From contig CAWBKB010000001.1 in assembly GCA_963789265.1 (NCBI GenBank), positions 480,001-544,000 of the forward strand: a stretch of 64,000 nt of DNA. Reading direction: 5' to 3'. Under the pieces are notes generated by a model. It was not told where the DNA came from, ran no database searches, and saw nothing but the letters and a program-made list of their open reading frames with translations. Made by a program: the position numbers and the translations under genes. The stretch comes from an uncultured delta proteobacterium. GTDB lineage: Bacteria; Desulfobacterota; Desulfomonilia; Desulfomonilales; Desulfomonilaceae. Shown piece after piece: positions 34,278 to 44,152 of this stretch. Each line of letters opens with the position of its first letter. Position 1 is the first letter of the stretch.

Positions 34278-35953
34278 GAAACTGTCTCAAAAGTCGATTT
34301 TGGGCTCGCGATTCTCAACCGATTCTACTAATGAGATGTGAAAAGAGAATCGGAGAGGGAAAGGATTATGCCGCAAATCAGAGCCGACTACAAGCAGGTG
34401 TTTCTGCTTCCGCCCGCTATAGATGACTGGATAGGGCCTGATCATCCAGCGCGCTTCATAGGAGACTTTGTGGATTCCTTGGATTTGGAGGTGCTGGGTT
34501 TTCGAGTTCCGAATGGCGAAACGGGCCGTCCTCCCTATAGTACCGATCTTTTGTTGAAGGCATGGCTCTACGGCTATTTCAGCAGAATCAGGTCATCGCG
34601 CAAGCTTGAGAAGGCATGCATGGAGAACATGGGATTGATTTGGCTGACGGGTATGAATGCAGCGGATCATAATACCCTGTGGCGATTCTGGAGGGACAAC
34701 AAGAAGGTTTTCAAGGGAATATTCAAACAATCGGTTCAAGTGGCAGTCAAAGCCGAGTTGATAGGTATGGCGGTTCATGCATTGGATGGAACCAAGATCC
34801 CTGTCGGATCATCTCGGGAGAAGTTCAAGAACCAAGATCAGTTGGAGCGGATGCTTGAGAATTTGGACAAGTGCGTTGCCGACGTCATGACGGAGACAGA
34901 GAGGTGCGAGCAAGAGGAGGGCGGCGAATGGCGTCTTCCCGAAGCCCTTCAGGACGAGTTGAAACGCAAGGAGCGGATACAGAAGGCCTTGCAGGAATTG
35001 GATAAGACTGACAAGAAGGTCGTCCATCCCTGCGAGCCGGATGCCCGGTACATGAAGAACCGGCGGTCTACTGAGCCCTCTTACAATGCTCAAGCGGTGG
35101 CAGACCAACAAAGCGGCATGATTGTGGCTGAGGAAGTGGTCGACGAAGGCAATGACAATGGGCAGCTTGTTCCCATGCTGGATCGAGTTCAGGAAAATTT
35201 GGGCGCAACCGCAGAGGAAACCGTGGCGGACGCAGGATACTTCGCATCGGCTCAAATCGCGTTGGCCGAAGAGAAGGAGTACGAGGTCTTGGTCGCCAAG
35301 TCGTCGGGAGAGTCCGCTGCGGAAAAAGGCGCTCAATGGGACCCTTATCACGCTTCCCAGTTCGTCTACGACCAAGAGCGAGACGTCTGTATTTGTCCGC
35401 AAGGCGCATCGCTGAACTTTCTTCAGAAGAAAGTCACAGGAAAAAACGGAAACGAGATCCGGCGGTATCGATGCCGGGACTACTTGACGTGTCCTGAACG
35501 GTGGAAGTGCAGCAAGAGCAAGAATGGCCGTCTCATAGACATTAACATCTATCGTGACGCAGTTGAGCGCCACCGCAAGAAACGGGAGGTCCCGGAAAGC
35601 AAGACGCTACTCCGAGCCCGCAAGGTGATCATTGAGCCGGTCTTTGCATGGATAAAGAGCCACTTGGACTTTAGACGGTGGACCGTGTCCGGATTATCCA
35701 ATGCGAGGGCTCAATGGTCTTTGATGTGCGCCACCTTGAATCTCAAGAAGCTCTACAGCCATTGGCTGACGGGGCGTCTGGTGCTAACCGCGGCCTAAGA
35801 CATCAGGACGGAGAGTGACTCATGGCTGCCTGAGGCATACTCATAGCCGGCCCCGGCTCGTCGGAGACAAGGGAGGCCAAGGTGCGAGATTAACCGCACC
35901 CTACCACCCCGAGAGTCGTCATCGTGCCACTACAACCGTTTTGAGACACTCTC
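34278..35953 (+). mobile_element. IS1182-family insertion sequence
   Basis: TIRs gaaactgtctcaaaa / ttttgagacactctc around an intact transposase. Confidence 0.9.
34368..35798 (+). CDS. IS1182-family DDE transposase
   Basis: LLPP..DDWI..DHPAR, GRPPY, LYGY..RIRSSRKLE, DHNTL.RF, LDGTKI, YNAQ, ADAGY, IEPVF..IK. Confidence 0.93.
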   Translation: MPQIRADYKQVFLLPPAIDDWIGPDHPARFIGDFVDSLDLEVLGFRVPNGETGRPPYSTDLLLKAWLYGYFSRIRSSRKLEKACMENMGLIWLTGMNAADHNTLWRFWRDNKKVFKGIFKQSVQVAVKAELIGMAVHALDGTKIPVGSSREKFKNQDQLERMLENLDKCVADVMTETERCEQEEGGEWRLPEALQDELKRKERIQKALQELDKTDKKVVHPCEPDARYMKNRRSTEPSYNAQAVADQQSGMIVAEEVVDEGNDNGQLVPMLDRVQENLGATAEETVADAGYFASAQIALAEEKEYEVLVAKSSGESAAEKGAQWDPYHASQFVYDQERDVCICPQGASLNFLQKKVTGKNGNEIRRYRCRDYLTCPERWKCSKSKNGRLIDINIYRDAVERHRKKREVPESKTLLRARKVIIEPVFAWIKSHLDFRRWTVSGLSNARAQWSLMCATLNLKKLYSHWLTGRLVLTAA

Positions 35954-36001
35954 TTCAGCCCCGGGCTAGACCAATGCCAAAGATCTTAAAGCCGACACAT
36001 T

Positions 36002-36889
36002 TCACCCAGTGTCGGAGATTAACCGATTGTCTGCCAGAAAACCGAGGATTGTCCGCGCAGTATCGTCAGGGCGCTCCATGGGGACAAAATGGCTGGTTTC
36101 CTCAAAACGCTTGAGAACCGCGTGGGGAGCCTTGCGTTTGAATTTTCTTGCGGCAGAAGATACGAAGACGTCCGATTTCGATCCGTAGAGGAGCAGGGTG
36201 GGCACTCGCAAACTGGGAATAGACCGCCAGATGCCGGCAGGGCACACAGCAAAACTACGGGCTTCCCAGGCCGGCTCACAGCATAGCGCAATCGTTCCGG
36301 TCTCCGTCTCTTCGGTACAGTGTCCGACATATCCCTCAAGGAACCCGTCTTTCCAGGCAGAGAATGAGGGTTTGTTCCGATAAACATTCAGAATAGTCTG
36401 ACGGTCGGGCCAAACACCTTGTCTGTGGGCTGCGCCGTACACTATCGGGATGAGTCCGGTAAGTCCGGTCGCTTGAGTCAAGGCCAAAAGCATAGACAAG
36501 GAGGTCGAGAGGATAGTCGGGTCAATAAGAATCAAGGCACGGACCAGATCCGGACGTTTAATAGCGAGCATCATGCTGCTGACAGCGCCTCGGGAATGCC
36601 CCATAGCGATCACGGGTTCGTTCAGATGCTCGAAAAAGCGTTCCAGGTCCTTTGCAAAAGCGTCCCAACTTTTCAGTTTCCAGGGATCCGCGGGAGCCGT
36701 GGTTTTGCCATGCCCCCGGTCGTCCATACCCACGACTCGCAGATGCGGCGCCAGCCTTTCTGCCAAAGGTGCGTACATTCCCGCACAGAAGCCGGTAGCA
36801 TGAGATATATGCGCCAGTGGTCCTGAACCACCCCAATTTACGTAGTGGAATGCGCCGTCCGACGCCATGAAGGTGTTTTCTTGTTGCAT
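36002..36889 (-). CDS. Alpha/beta hydrolase
   Basis: HATGF, DDRGHG, GHSRG nucleophile elbow, HFVPME. Confidence 0.9.
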   Translation of the reverse strand: MQQENTFMASDGAFHYVNWGGSGPLAHISHATGFCAGMYAPLAERLAPHLRVVGMDDRGHGKTTAPADPWKLKSWDAFAKDLERFFEHLNEPVIAMGHSRGAVSSMMLAIKRPDLVRALILIDPTILSTSLSMLLALTQATGLTGLIPIVYGAAHRQGVWPDRQTILNVYRNKPSFSAWKDGFLEGYVGHCTEETETGTIALCCEPAWEARSFAVCPAGIWRSIPSLRVPTLLLYGSKSDVFVSSAARKFKRKAPHAVLKRFEETSHFVPMERPDDTARTILGFLADNRLISDTG

Positions 36890-37394
36890 TTCTCACTTAC
36901 AACCCAACGGACATGACGTGTCCGAGGATAGGCCGACCCGCAGCAACTCCGGTGCGGACGATAAGCCAATCAATTAATAGCGTGTGCGCGATGGCAGTAG
37001 CCGTGGCTACAATCCTCGCCACAAACCGCCTAAGTACTCTATTTCCTAAATACGGTAATGTTAAGAACCGGGACCGGAAGAAGATTGCTTCGCTGCGCTC
37101 GCAATGACAGGTAGTGGAATGTCATTGCGAGGAGTGAAACGACGAAGCAATCTCCATCGTGAAAATCCGCGACCGTACTTACGAAAAGCAGTACGAAGTA
37201 TTACATAATTCCTTTCTTCATCCCTAATGATATGTGCTCGTTGATGTGGCTGCGGCTTTGCAGACCGCCAAACTCGTGTTTGATCTTCGCGGCGGCATGG
37301 CATATGGTATAAATTCCACAATACGCCCTGTATAGCAGTCTCTTTTCAACGACTCTCAAGGCAGGATCTCGGAAAAGTCTGGAGGAATCGAAGG

Positions 37395-38930
37395 ATGAAC
37401 CTTGCGAGGAAGCTGTCCGATGTGGCGAGGCAACATGGCGACAAGCCGGCGATAATCTTCGAGAACACCGTCTACACATATAGCGACGTGGAAAAGCAGG
37501 TTGAGCGATACGCGGCGATGATGGCGCGGCTGGACGTGAAGCTTGGCGATAGAGTGGCCTTCCAGTTACCGAAACAAATGGAATTCATTTTCTTGGAACT
37601 CGCGGTTCTGTCCGTTGGCGCAATAGTGATCCCGCTCAATCCTGATTACAAGGCTCAGGAGATCGAGTATTATTTAACGGATTCCGGCAGCTCACTCTAT
37701 TTCACTGACTATGAGCGCTTCTCTCGGGTCCATGCGGAACTTGAGAAGCTCGATAATCTACAAACCGTTCTGGTGGACCATCCTGAAGAGGCCAAGGTTC
37801 TCTTTTTGTCGCGAGAACTTGAAGCCGCTGCGCCCGATTATGTGAGGCCGTATCCGACCGGGGGGGACGATGTTGCGGTGATCTGCTACACATCAGGTAC
37901 CACGGGAAGATCCAAAGGCGCGATGATCACCCACAGGAATTTGATTTCAAACATGACGGCCTTGCATGAAGTCTGGGAATGGAGCGACAAGGACGCGCTT
38001 CTTCATGTGCTCCCTCTGTTTCATGTGCATGGTCTCTTTGTGGCACTGCATGGGGGCCTGAACGCAGGCGCGACGGTGATCATGCACGAAAAGTTCGATC
38101 CCGGCCGAACATGGGAAACCATAGAGCAAAAGAAATGCACAATGTTTATGGGGGTCCCCACGATCTACCAGCGGCTGTTGAATCATTGGGAGCGCATAGA
38201 CAGAAAACCGAATTTAAAGAGCATGAGGGTGTTCATCTCGGGATCGGCTCCTCTGTTGGAAACCCAGTTCAATCGTTTTGAAAAAGAAACCGGGTTCAGA
38301 ATTCTCGAACGCTATGGCATGACCGAGACCGGAATGATCGCATCAAACCCCTTCGACGCAAGCCGTCGAAAGCCCGGCAGCGTGGGATATCCGCTCCCCT
38401 GCTTGGAGATCAGGATTGTTTCTCCGAGCGGTGATGATGTACGATCGAGTGAGGTCGGGGAAGTGTGGATACGTGGTGAAAGCGTATTCAAAGGGTACCG
38501 AGGAATGCCGGAGAAGACTCGGGAATCTTTTCAGGACGGATGGTTCAAGAGCGGTGACCTCGGCTACCAGGATCTGGAAGACAAAGCGAGGTTATATCTC
38601 GTGGGGCGAGTCAAGGAGCTTATCATTACCGGTGGCTATAATGTTTACCCCAAAGAAATCGAAGATGTTCTTGCGAGCCACACAGCGATAAGAGAGGCAG
38701 CGGTTATAGGTTTGCCGGACAATGACCTCGGAGAGAAGGTCGCGGCGATAGTGGTTATCGAGGACGGCAGTTCACAGCCGTCGCCGGATCAGATCATCAG
38801 CCATTGCAAACACTGTCTGGCCGGCTACAAGTGTCCCAAAGCCGTCTTCTTTGTGGATGGGTTGCCGCGAAACGCTATGGGCAAGATCCAGAAGAACGAA
38901 CTGTGTAATCGGTTCCGGAGCGAGGCATGA
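37395..38930 (+). CDS. AMP-forming acyl-CoA synthetase (malonyl-CoA synthetase-like)
   Basis: YTSGTTGRSKG, LPLFHVHGL, SGSAPL, ERYGMTET, NAMGKIQK. Confidence 0.9.
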   Translation: MNLARKLSDVARQHGDKPAIIFENTVYTYSDVEKQVERYAAMMARLDVKLGDRVAFQLPKQMEFIFLELAVLSVGAIVIPLNPDYKAQEIEYYLTDSGSSLYFTDYERFSRVHAELEKLDNLQTVLVDHPEEAKVLFLSRELEAAAPDYVRPYPTGGDDVAVICYTSGTTGRSKGAMITHRNLISNMTALHEVWEWSDKDALLHVLPLFHVHGLFVALHGGLNAGATVIMHEKFDPGRTWETIEQKKCTMFMGVPTIYQRLLNHWERIDRKPNLKSMRVFISGSAPLLETQFNRFEKETGFRILERYGMTETGMIASNPFDASRRKPGSVGYPLPCLEIRIVSPSGDDVRSSEVGEVWIRGESVFKGYRGMPEKTRESFQDGWFKSGDLGYQDLEDKARLYLVGRVKELIITGGYNVYPKEIEDVLASHTAIREAAVIGLPDNDLGEKVAAIVVIEDGSSQPSPDQIISHCKHCLAGYKCPKAVFFVDGLPRNAMGKIQKNELCNRFRSEA

Positions 38931-38967
38931 CGCGATATCTCAGAACAAACAAGATTTCGGAGGCAAA

Positions 38968-39687
38968 GTGAAACAAGAAGAAAGGTATTTCACAGTATCG
39001 GATCAAGTATTCGAGAGATTCCCCGGGTATGTCCGAGGAGTTGTAATAGGCTACGGGCTTACGAACGGAGAATCTTCACCGGAACTCATCTCGTTGCTTC
39101 GCTCGGCCGAGGATTCCGTTCGCAAAGAGCTGAATCTGGAAACATTGATTGAACATCCCAGAATCGCGGCCTGGAGAGAGGCTTACCGATCCTTCGGCGC
39201 CAAGCCGAGCAAGTTTCGGCCGTCAATTGAAGCCATGGTTCGACGTCTTCTGAGAAACGAACAGCTTACGTCGACAAACGCACTGGTTGATATTGGAAAT
39301 GCTGTATCTTTGCGTCATTTGGTTCCCGCCGGTGGGCACGCTATTGATGTGCTCGTGAACGACATGGAGCTGAGGTTGGCCACAGGGGATGAACTCTTTA
39401 CGCCGTTAGATTCGGAGAAGGTTGAGAACCCTTTGGCAGGAGAGGTGGTTTTCGTGGACGGTAAGACAGTTTTGACAAGACGCTGGACGTGGCGTCAGGG
39501 CAGACACACGTTGGTCCAGCATGGCACGACCGCGGTTGAGTTTAACGTTGACGGTTTGCCGCCGGTCTCGGTTACCGAAGTTGAGGACGCCTGCCGAGAG
39601 ACCGCTGAATTGATAGAAAGATTTTGCGGAGGCAGCACACGTTTCGAAATTGTGACCAGGGCAAATCCCAAGATAAGGCTATCGTGA
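38968..39687 (+). CDS. B3/B4 domain protein (free-standing PheRS beta editing-like)
   Basis: WREAYRSFGAKPSKFRPSIEAM.RR, N.LVDI.N.VS, RRWTWRQ. Confidence 0.85.
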   Translation: MKQEERYFTVSDQVFERFPGYVRGVVIGYGLTNGESSPELISLLRSAEDSVRKELNLETLIEHPRIAAWREAYRSFGAKPSKFRPSIEAMVRRLLRNEQLTSTNALVDIGNAVSLRHLVPAGGHAIDVLVNDMELRLATGDELFTPLDSEKVENPLAGEVVFVDGKTVLTRRWTWRQGRHTLVQHGTTAVEFNVDGLPPVSVTEVEDACRETAELIERFCGGSTRFEIVTRANPKIRLS

Positions 39688-39728
39688 TTCGTGCTGCAAT
39701 TTTTCCTCACCGGTCTCCCGGAATAAAA

Positions 39729-39937
39729 GAGACTGACGCAAAATCAAGTATGAGGTCAAAATCATAGCACGATCAGGCTTGGTGTGTATTTCGTTGCCCT
39801 CACCCCAGCCCTCTCCCCGAGGGAGAGGGAGTCGTGGTGAAGCTGCTATTTGAGTCCCCTCGCCCTTTGGGAGAGGGCTAGGGTGAGGGGATTTCGTGAC
39901 ACGATTACTTGGATCAAAATGGTTTTGAGACAGTTTC
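39729..39937 (+). mobile_element. IS1182-related MITE, copy 5 (degenerate left end, no TSD)
   Basis: gagactgacgcaaaa ... ttttgagacagtttc; same length and internal hairpins. Confidence 0.7.
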
Positions 39938-40069
39938 TGTAGGCCCGGTCTTCTGGATCCTTCTCCATCGCTTCGTTGCCCTTTTCTTCGGTCCTTTTCT
40001 ATGGTATTATCATTGCATTACCCATGCCATTTAACAACCTCGGATTCCATCCTGCAATCGAGGGCACCC

Positions 40070-43000
40070 ATGAAACACGACGAGACCGGTCCGTGGCCGG
40101 CTAACGATGCGCCGAATCATTCCGATTTGCCGAATGGAGAGCTGGAAAGCCTGAAAAGTCGACTCCACTGGGCCCAGGAGAGCCAAGAAATGGCCGTGAA
40201 AATCCTGACCTTACTCAACGGCCAACTTGTGGGTCCGGACGTGATCCGGCGCGTCCTTGGAATGATGAAAGAATTCACCGGATTCGAGGCTGTCGGCATT
40301 CGCTTGCGCGATGGTGAAGATTTTCCCTACTTTGCAACCCAAGGTTTTCCCGATCATTTTGTCGAATGTGAAAGTTATCTGTGCGAACGCACTGCTGCCG
40401 GCGAAATCGTGCGGGATTCGTCTGGAAACCCGATCCTGGAATGCATGTGCGGAAATATAATACGCGGGCGAACGGACCCTTCGCTGCCTTTTTTCACCCA
40501 AGGTGGTAGTTTTTGGACGAACAGCACAACGGACCTTCTCGCCACGACATCTGAAGAAGAGCGTCAGGGTCGTACCCGAAATCGGTGCAACGGGGAGGGC
40601 TACGAATCGGTCGCCCTCATACCCCTGCGTTCAGAGCGCGAAATCATTGGCCTTCTGCAACTCAACGATTCTCGGAAAAATTGCTTCACACCCGACACGA
40701 TAAGTTTTTTTGAAGCGATAGGAGCCAGTATCGGTATTGTTCTTAAGCGCATGAGTGTGGAACAGGAACGGGATCGCTTGTTCAACTTGTCCATTGATAT
40801 GTTGTGCGTCGCCGGGTTTGACGGTCGCTTTAAACAGGTCAACCCCGCGGTCACGGAGATCCTCGGATGGACATCACAAGAGTTCTTGAGCAAGCCGTGG
40901 ACCGAGTTGGTGCATCCGGATGACCATGAAAAGACTAGAGCGGCAGGCAGGCGGCTGCTTTCCGGCGTCCCGTTGTACTCCTACGAAAATCGATATCTGC
41001 ACAAGGACGGCACGTATCGGTGGATTTCGTGGAACTGCTTTCCGATACCCGATGAAAGAACGACCTTTGCGGTAGCTCGCGATGTCACCGAGCCCAAGCG
41101 GTCCGAAGATGCACTGCGGAGAGCTAAGAATGAGCTTAAGTCCAGGGTGAAGAAGCGAACCGTACAACTGATGGCTACCATAGATCGCCTGCAAAAAGAA
41201 GTGACTGCACGCGAGCAGGCACAGGACGCACTGCGGCAGAGCGGAGAACGCTATCGAGCTCTCGTGGAAAATGTCCATGTGGGTATCTCGTTGATAGATT
41301 CGGATCACAATATAGTTGTATCGAATTCCGTCATTGGGAAATGGTTTAAGAAACCCGTCTCCGAGTTCAGCGGCAAGAAATGCTTCCGGGAATTTGAAAG
41401 ACGTGATGCTGTTTGCCCGCATTGTCCGGGAGTGCGAGCCATGGCCACCGGGCTGGCCGCGGAGGTGGAAACAGAGGGCGTGCTGGTCGATGGCACCCGC
41501 ATCGTTGCACGCGTACGAGCTTTTCCAATGTTCAGCCCGGATAATGTGCCCATCGGATTTACAGAGATTGTCGAGGACGTCAGGGAGCGCAAGCGATTGG
41601 AAGAGGCACTCCTGGAGAGCGAGCAACGCTACAGAAACCTCGTGGAGGAATCGCGAGACGGGATTTATTGGGCCGCTTGGGATGGCGCGCTGATTGAGGC
41701 TAATCAAGGGTTTCTGGAAGTGTTCGGCCTTACAACGGACGAGTCCAAGATTTGGAGTCTTATCCAGGCGTATCGTGATCCAGTCGACCGCATACGGTTC
41801 AAACAGACCATCGAAAGAAACGGATCTGTAGCGGACTATGAACTCAAGCTTAAGAAGAAGGATGGCACCGCGATCGATTGCATGCTCAGCGCAACGTTGC
41901 GTTTGGACGAAGAAGGCAAAAGTATCGGATACCAGGGTATCATCCGTGACATGACAGAACGCAAAAGACTCGAGCAGCAACTCCTGCGGGCACAAAAAAT
42001 GGAAGCCATCGGCACTCTCGCCGGAGGCATTGCTCACGATTTCAACAACCTTTTAACAGTGATACTCGGGTACTGTGAACTGATAATATCTGAGAAGAAC
42101 GAAGGGGATCGGGATTACGAAGACCTGAATAAGGTTATGCAGGCCGGTCGAACCGCGGCCGATATGGTTCAGCAAATTCTGGCTTTTAGTCGTAAGGCCG
42201 AAACCAAGGTCTGGCCAATTAACATCAATAAGCAGATTCCGCAGCTCAGGAAGATGCTTTCCAGACTGATTCCCAGGACCATAAAAGTCAGAATAAATCT
42301 GGCTCCCGAACTTCCCACGGTCAATGCCGACTCCGCCCAGATTGACCAGGTTCTGATGAATCTTGCAGTAAATGCGAGGGATGCGATGCCCGATGGCGGC
42401 AGACTGACAATCGAAACCAGGGCGGTAGTGTTGGACGAGGAGTATTGCAGCTCCCATATTGAAGCTTCCCAAGGGCTGCACGTGCTTCTTAATGTAAGTG
42501 ATACGGGGCTCGGAATTGATAAGGGGCTATTGGATCGGATATTCGAACCATTTTATACAACGAAAGAACCGGGTGAGGGGACCGGATTGGGCCTCGCTAT
42601 GGTTTACGGCATAGTCAAAGCCCACGGCGGGCATGTCACTGTCTACAGTGAGCCCGGCACGGGGACTGTCTTTAACATATACCTGCCGGCGCACCAGTTT
42701 GAGGTGGAACAGGATATTGCGACGTCCGGCGAATTTGCGGCATTAGGGTCCGGAACAATACTTTTGGCCGACGACGAGGATTCTGTGAGGTCCCTTGGGC
42801 AAAGAATCCTGGAAAAGTCCGGATACCACGTTCTTTCCGCAAAGAACGGGCGGGAAGCTGTTGCAATTTACCAACAGGAGAAAGACGAGATCTCGTTGGT
42901 TATCCTTGACCTTATCATGCCTGAAATGGACGGCAAACAGTGTCTGGAGGAAATTCTCAAAATAGACCCGGATGCGAAGGTGTTGTTGGCCAGCGGATAT

Positions 43001-43117
43001 TCTCCGGACGGGGAGACGAATCTCGCATTAGAGAGTAGAGCAAAGGGTTTTGTCCGAAAACCCTATAGCGTAAGGCACCTCCTTGAAGCGGTAAGAGACG
43101 TTTTGAAGAAGAAGTGA
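40070..43117 (+). CDS. Hybrid sensor histidine kinase (GAF, three PAS, HK, receiver)
   Basis: AGGIAHDFNN, NARDAMP, GTGLGL, LDLIMP receiver. Confidence 0.93.
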   Translation: MKHDETGPWPANDAPNHSDLPNGELESLKSRLHWAQESQEMAVKILTLLNGQLVGPDVIRRVLGMMKEFTGFEAVGIRLRDGEDFPYFATQGFPDHFVECESYLCERTAAGEIVRDSSGNPILECMCGNIIRGRTDPSLPFFTQGGSFWTNSTTDLLATTSEEERQGRTRNRCNGEGYESVALIPLRSEREIIGLLQLNDSRKNCFTPDTISFFEAIGASIGIVLKRMSVEQERDRLFNLSIDMLCVAGFDGRFKQVNPAVTEILGWTSQEFLSKPWTELVHPDDHEKTRAAGRRLLSGVPLYSYENRYLHKDGTYRWISWNCFPIPDERTTFAVARDVTEPKRSEDALRRAKNELKSRVKKRTVQLMATIDRLQKEVTAREQAQDALRQSGERYRALVENVHVGISLIDSDHNIVVSNSVIGKWFKKPVSEFSGKKCFREFERRDAVCPHCPGVRAMATGLAAEVETEGVLVDGTRIVARVRAFPMFSPDNVPIGFTEIVEDVRERKRLEEALLESEQRYRNLVEESRDGIYWAAWDGALIEANQGFLEVFGLTTDESKIWSLIQAYRDPVDRIRFKQTIERNGSVADYELKLKKKDGTAIDCMLSATLRLDEEGKSIGYQGIIRDMTERKRLEQQLLRAQKMEAIGTLAGGIAHDFNNLLTVILGYCELIISEKNEGDRDYEDLNKVMQAGRTAADMVQQILAFSRKAETKVWPININKQIPQLRKMLSRLIPRTIKVRINLAPELPTVNADSAQIDQVLMNLAVNARDAMPDGGRLTIETRAVVLDEEYCSSHIEASQGLHVLLNVSDTGLGIDKGLLDRIFEPFYTTKEPGEGTGLGLAMVYGIVKAHGGHVTVYSEPGTGTVFNIYLPAHQFEVEQDIATSGEFAALGSGTILLADDEDSVRSLGQRILEKSGYHVLSAKNGREAVAIYQQEKDEISLVILDLIMPEMDGKQCLEEILKIDPDAKVLLASGYSPDGETNLALESRAKGFVRKPYSVRHLLEAVRDVLKKK

Positions 43118-43118
43118 A

Positions 43119-43411
43119 GGCTCCACCGCCTGAAGGCGGTGGCGTCGGCGGTACTTTCTTGCACCGGATGAATCAGGTGGTCGCGGCCGCCAAAGGACCG
43201 GAGTCGATATCGGCGTAGGATGCTGGTGAGCCCGCGCTCTGCGCGGGAGAACCGCATCAATCTGGAAAAAACACGAACGATGCGGTTCGCAGCGCTCACC
43301 AGCATCCTACCGGCATCTTTGCATCTGGTGCCGCGCATATACACTGGGTACGCACTGAAGTCTTCGCCTAAAGGCGAGGGTTTTTCTCGCATTCCCCGAG
43401 GGGGACAATAA
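43119..43411. mobile_element. Possible non-autonomous IS200/IS605-type remnant
   Basis: Sub-terminal hairpins ccaccgcctgaaggcggtgg and cttcgcctaaaggcgagg with no intact transposase between them. Confidence 0.4.
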
Positions 43412-43465
43412 TACAGCGAAGCGTATCCTTTCAGTTATCCGGGGTCATTGATCTGTTCCGACCGG

Positions 43466-43588
43466 TGTCATTGCGAGTCCTGCGTTCCGCGGGACGAAGC
43501 AATCTCTTCCTTTAACCCCCCTCAAATTGCCAGTGGGACGGGCATCCTGCCCGTCATCCATAATAGACAGGCAGGATGCCCGTCCCAC
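43466..43588. repeat. Compound REP-like repeat (empty homolog of the MITE copy 1 site)
   Basis: Aligns with 9794-9874 joined to 10088-10120. Confidence 0.75.
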
Positions 43589-43660
43589 TATTTGCTCCTC
43601 CCAATCCCAATCCCGTTCGCAAGTGAATGGTTAGTGCAAAGCCTCGATTTTGGACCACTT

Positions 43661-44152
43661 TCACCTGGTCTGTCTCTTTTTTTTCTTTGTCTCGATTTCT
43701 TCGCGGATCGAGGCCGGGTCACCGAAATAAATGCAGTGAGCCAGGCATACATTGTCCGCGCAGGCAGGAATAAGTCCCTGATCGACACGATGATGGCAGA
43801 GGTTGCACTTCAGCGCCTTTTGGCTGTTGTCGTCGAAGCCTATGGCATTGTACGGGCAGGCGTCAACGCAGCTTTGGCATCCCGTGCATGCGGCCTCGTC
43901 GAGTACCACGATTCCGTCTTCCCTCTTCGTGATCGCTCCCTCAGGGCAGGCATCGGCGCAGGGCGGATCGTCGCAGTGGCGGCAAACATTGACCCGATAC
44001 ATGTAATCAGTCATGCCGTCACCCAACGAAGGGCCTTCTTCAGTAGCCAGCAGGAACTTGGCCTTGAATTCAAATTCCTGGCTGCAGGCGGCCTCGCACG
44101 TCCGACAGCCCCAACATGCCTCGTCATCTATAATCAGCCCGTATTTGCTCAC
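43661..44152 (-). CDS. 4Fe-4S dicluster electron-transfer subunit (DmsB-like)
   Basis: CWGCRTCEAAC, CRHCDDPPC..ACP, CTGCQSC..ACPY, KCNLC. Confidence 0.92.
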   Translation of the reverse strand: MSKYGLIIDDEACWGCRTCEAACSQEFEFKAKFLLATEEGPSLGDGMTDYMYRVNVCRHCDDPPCADACPEGAITKREDGIVVLDEAACTGCQSCVDACPYNAIGFDDNSQKALKCNLCHHRVDQGLIPACADNVCLAHCIYFGDPASIREEIETKKKKRQTR

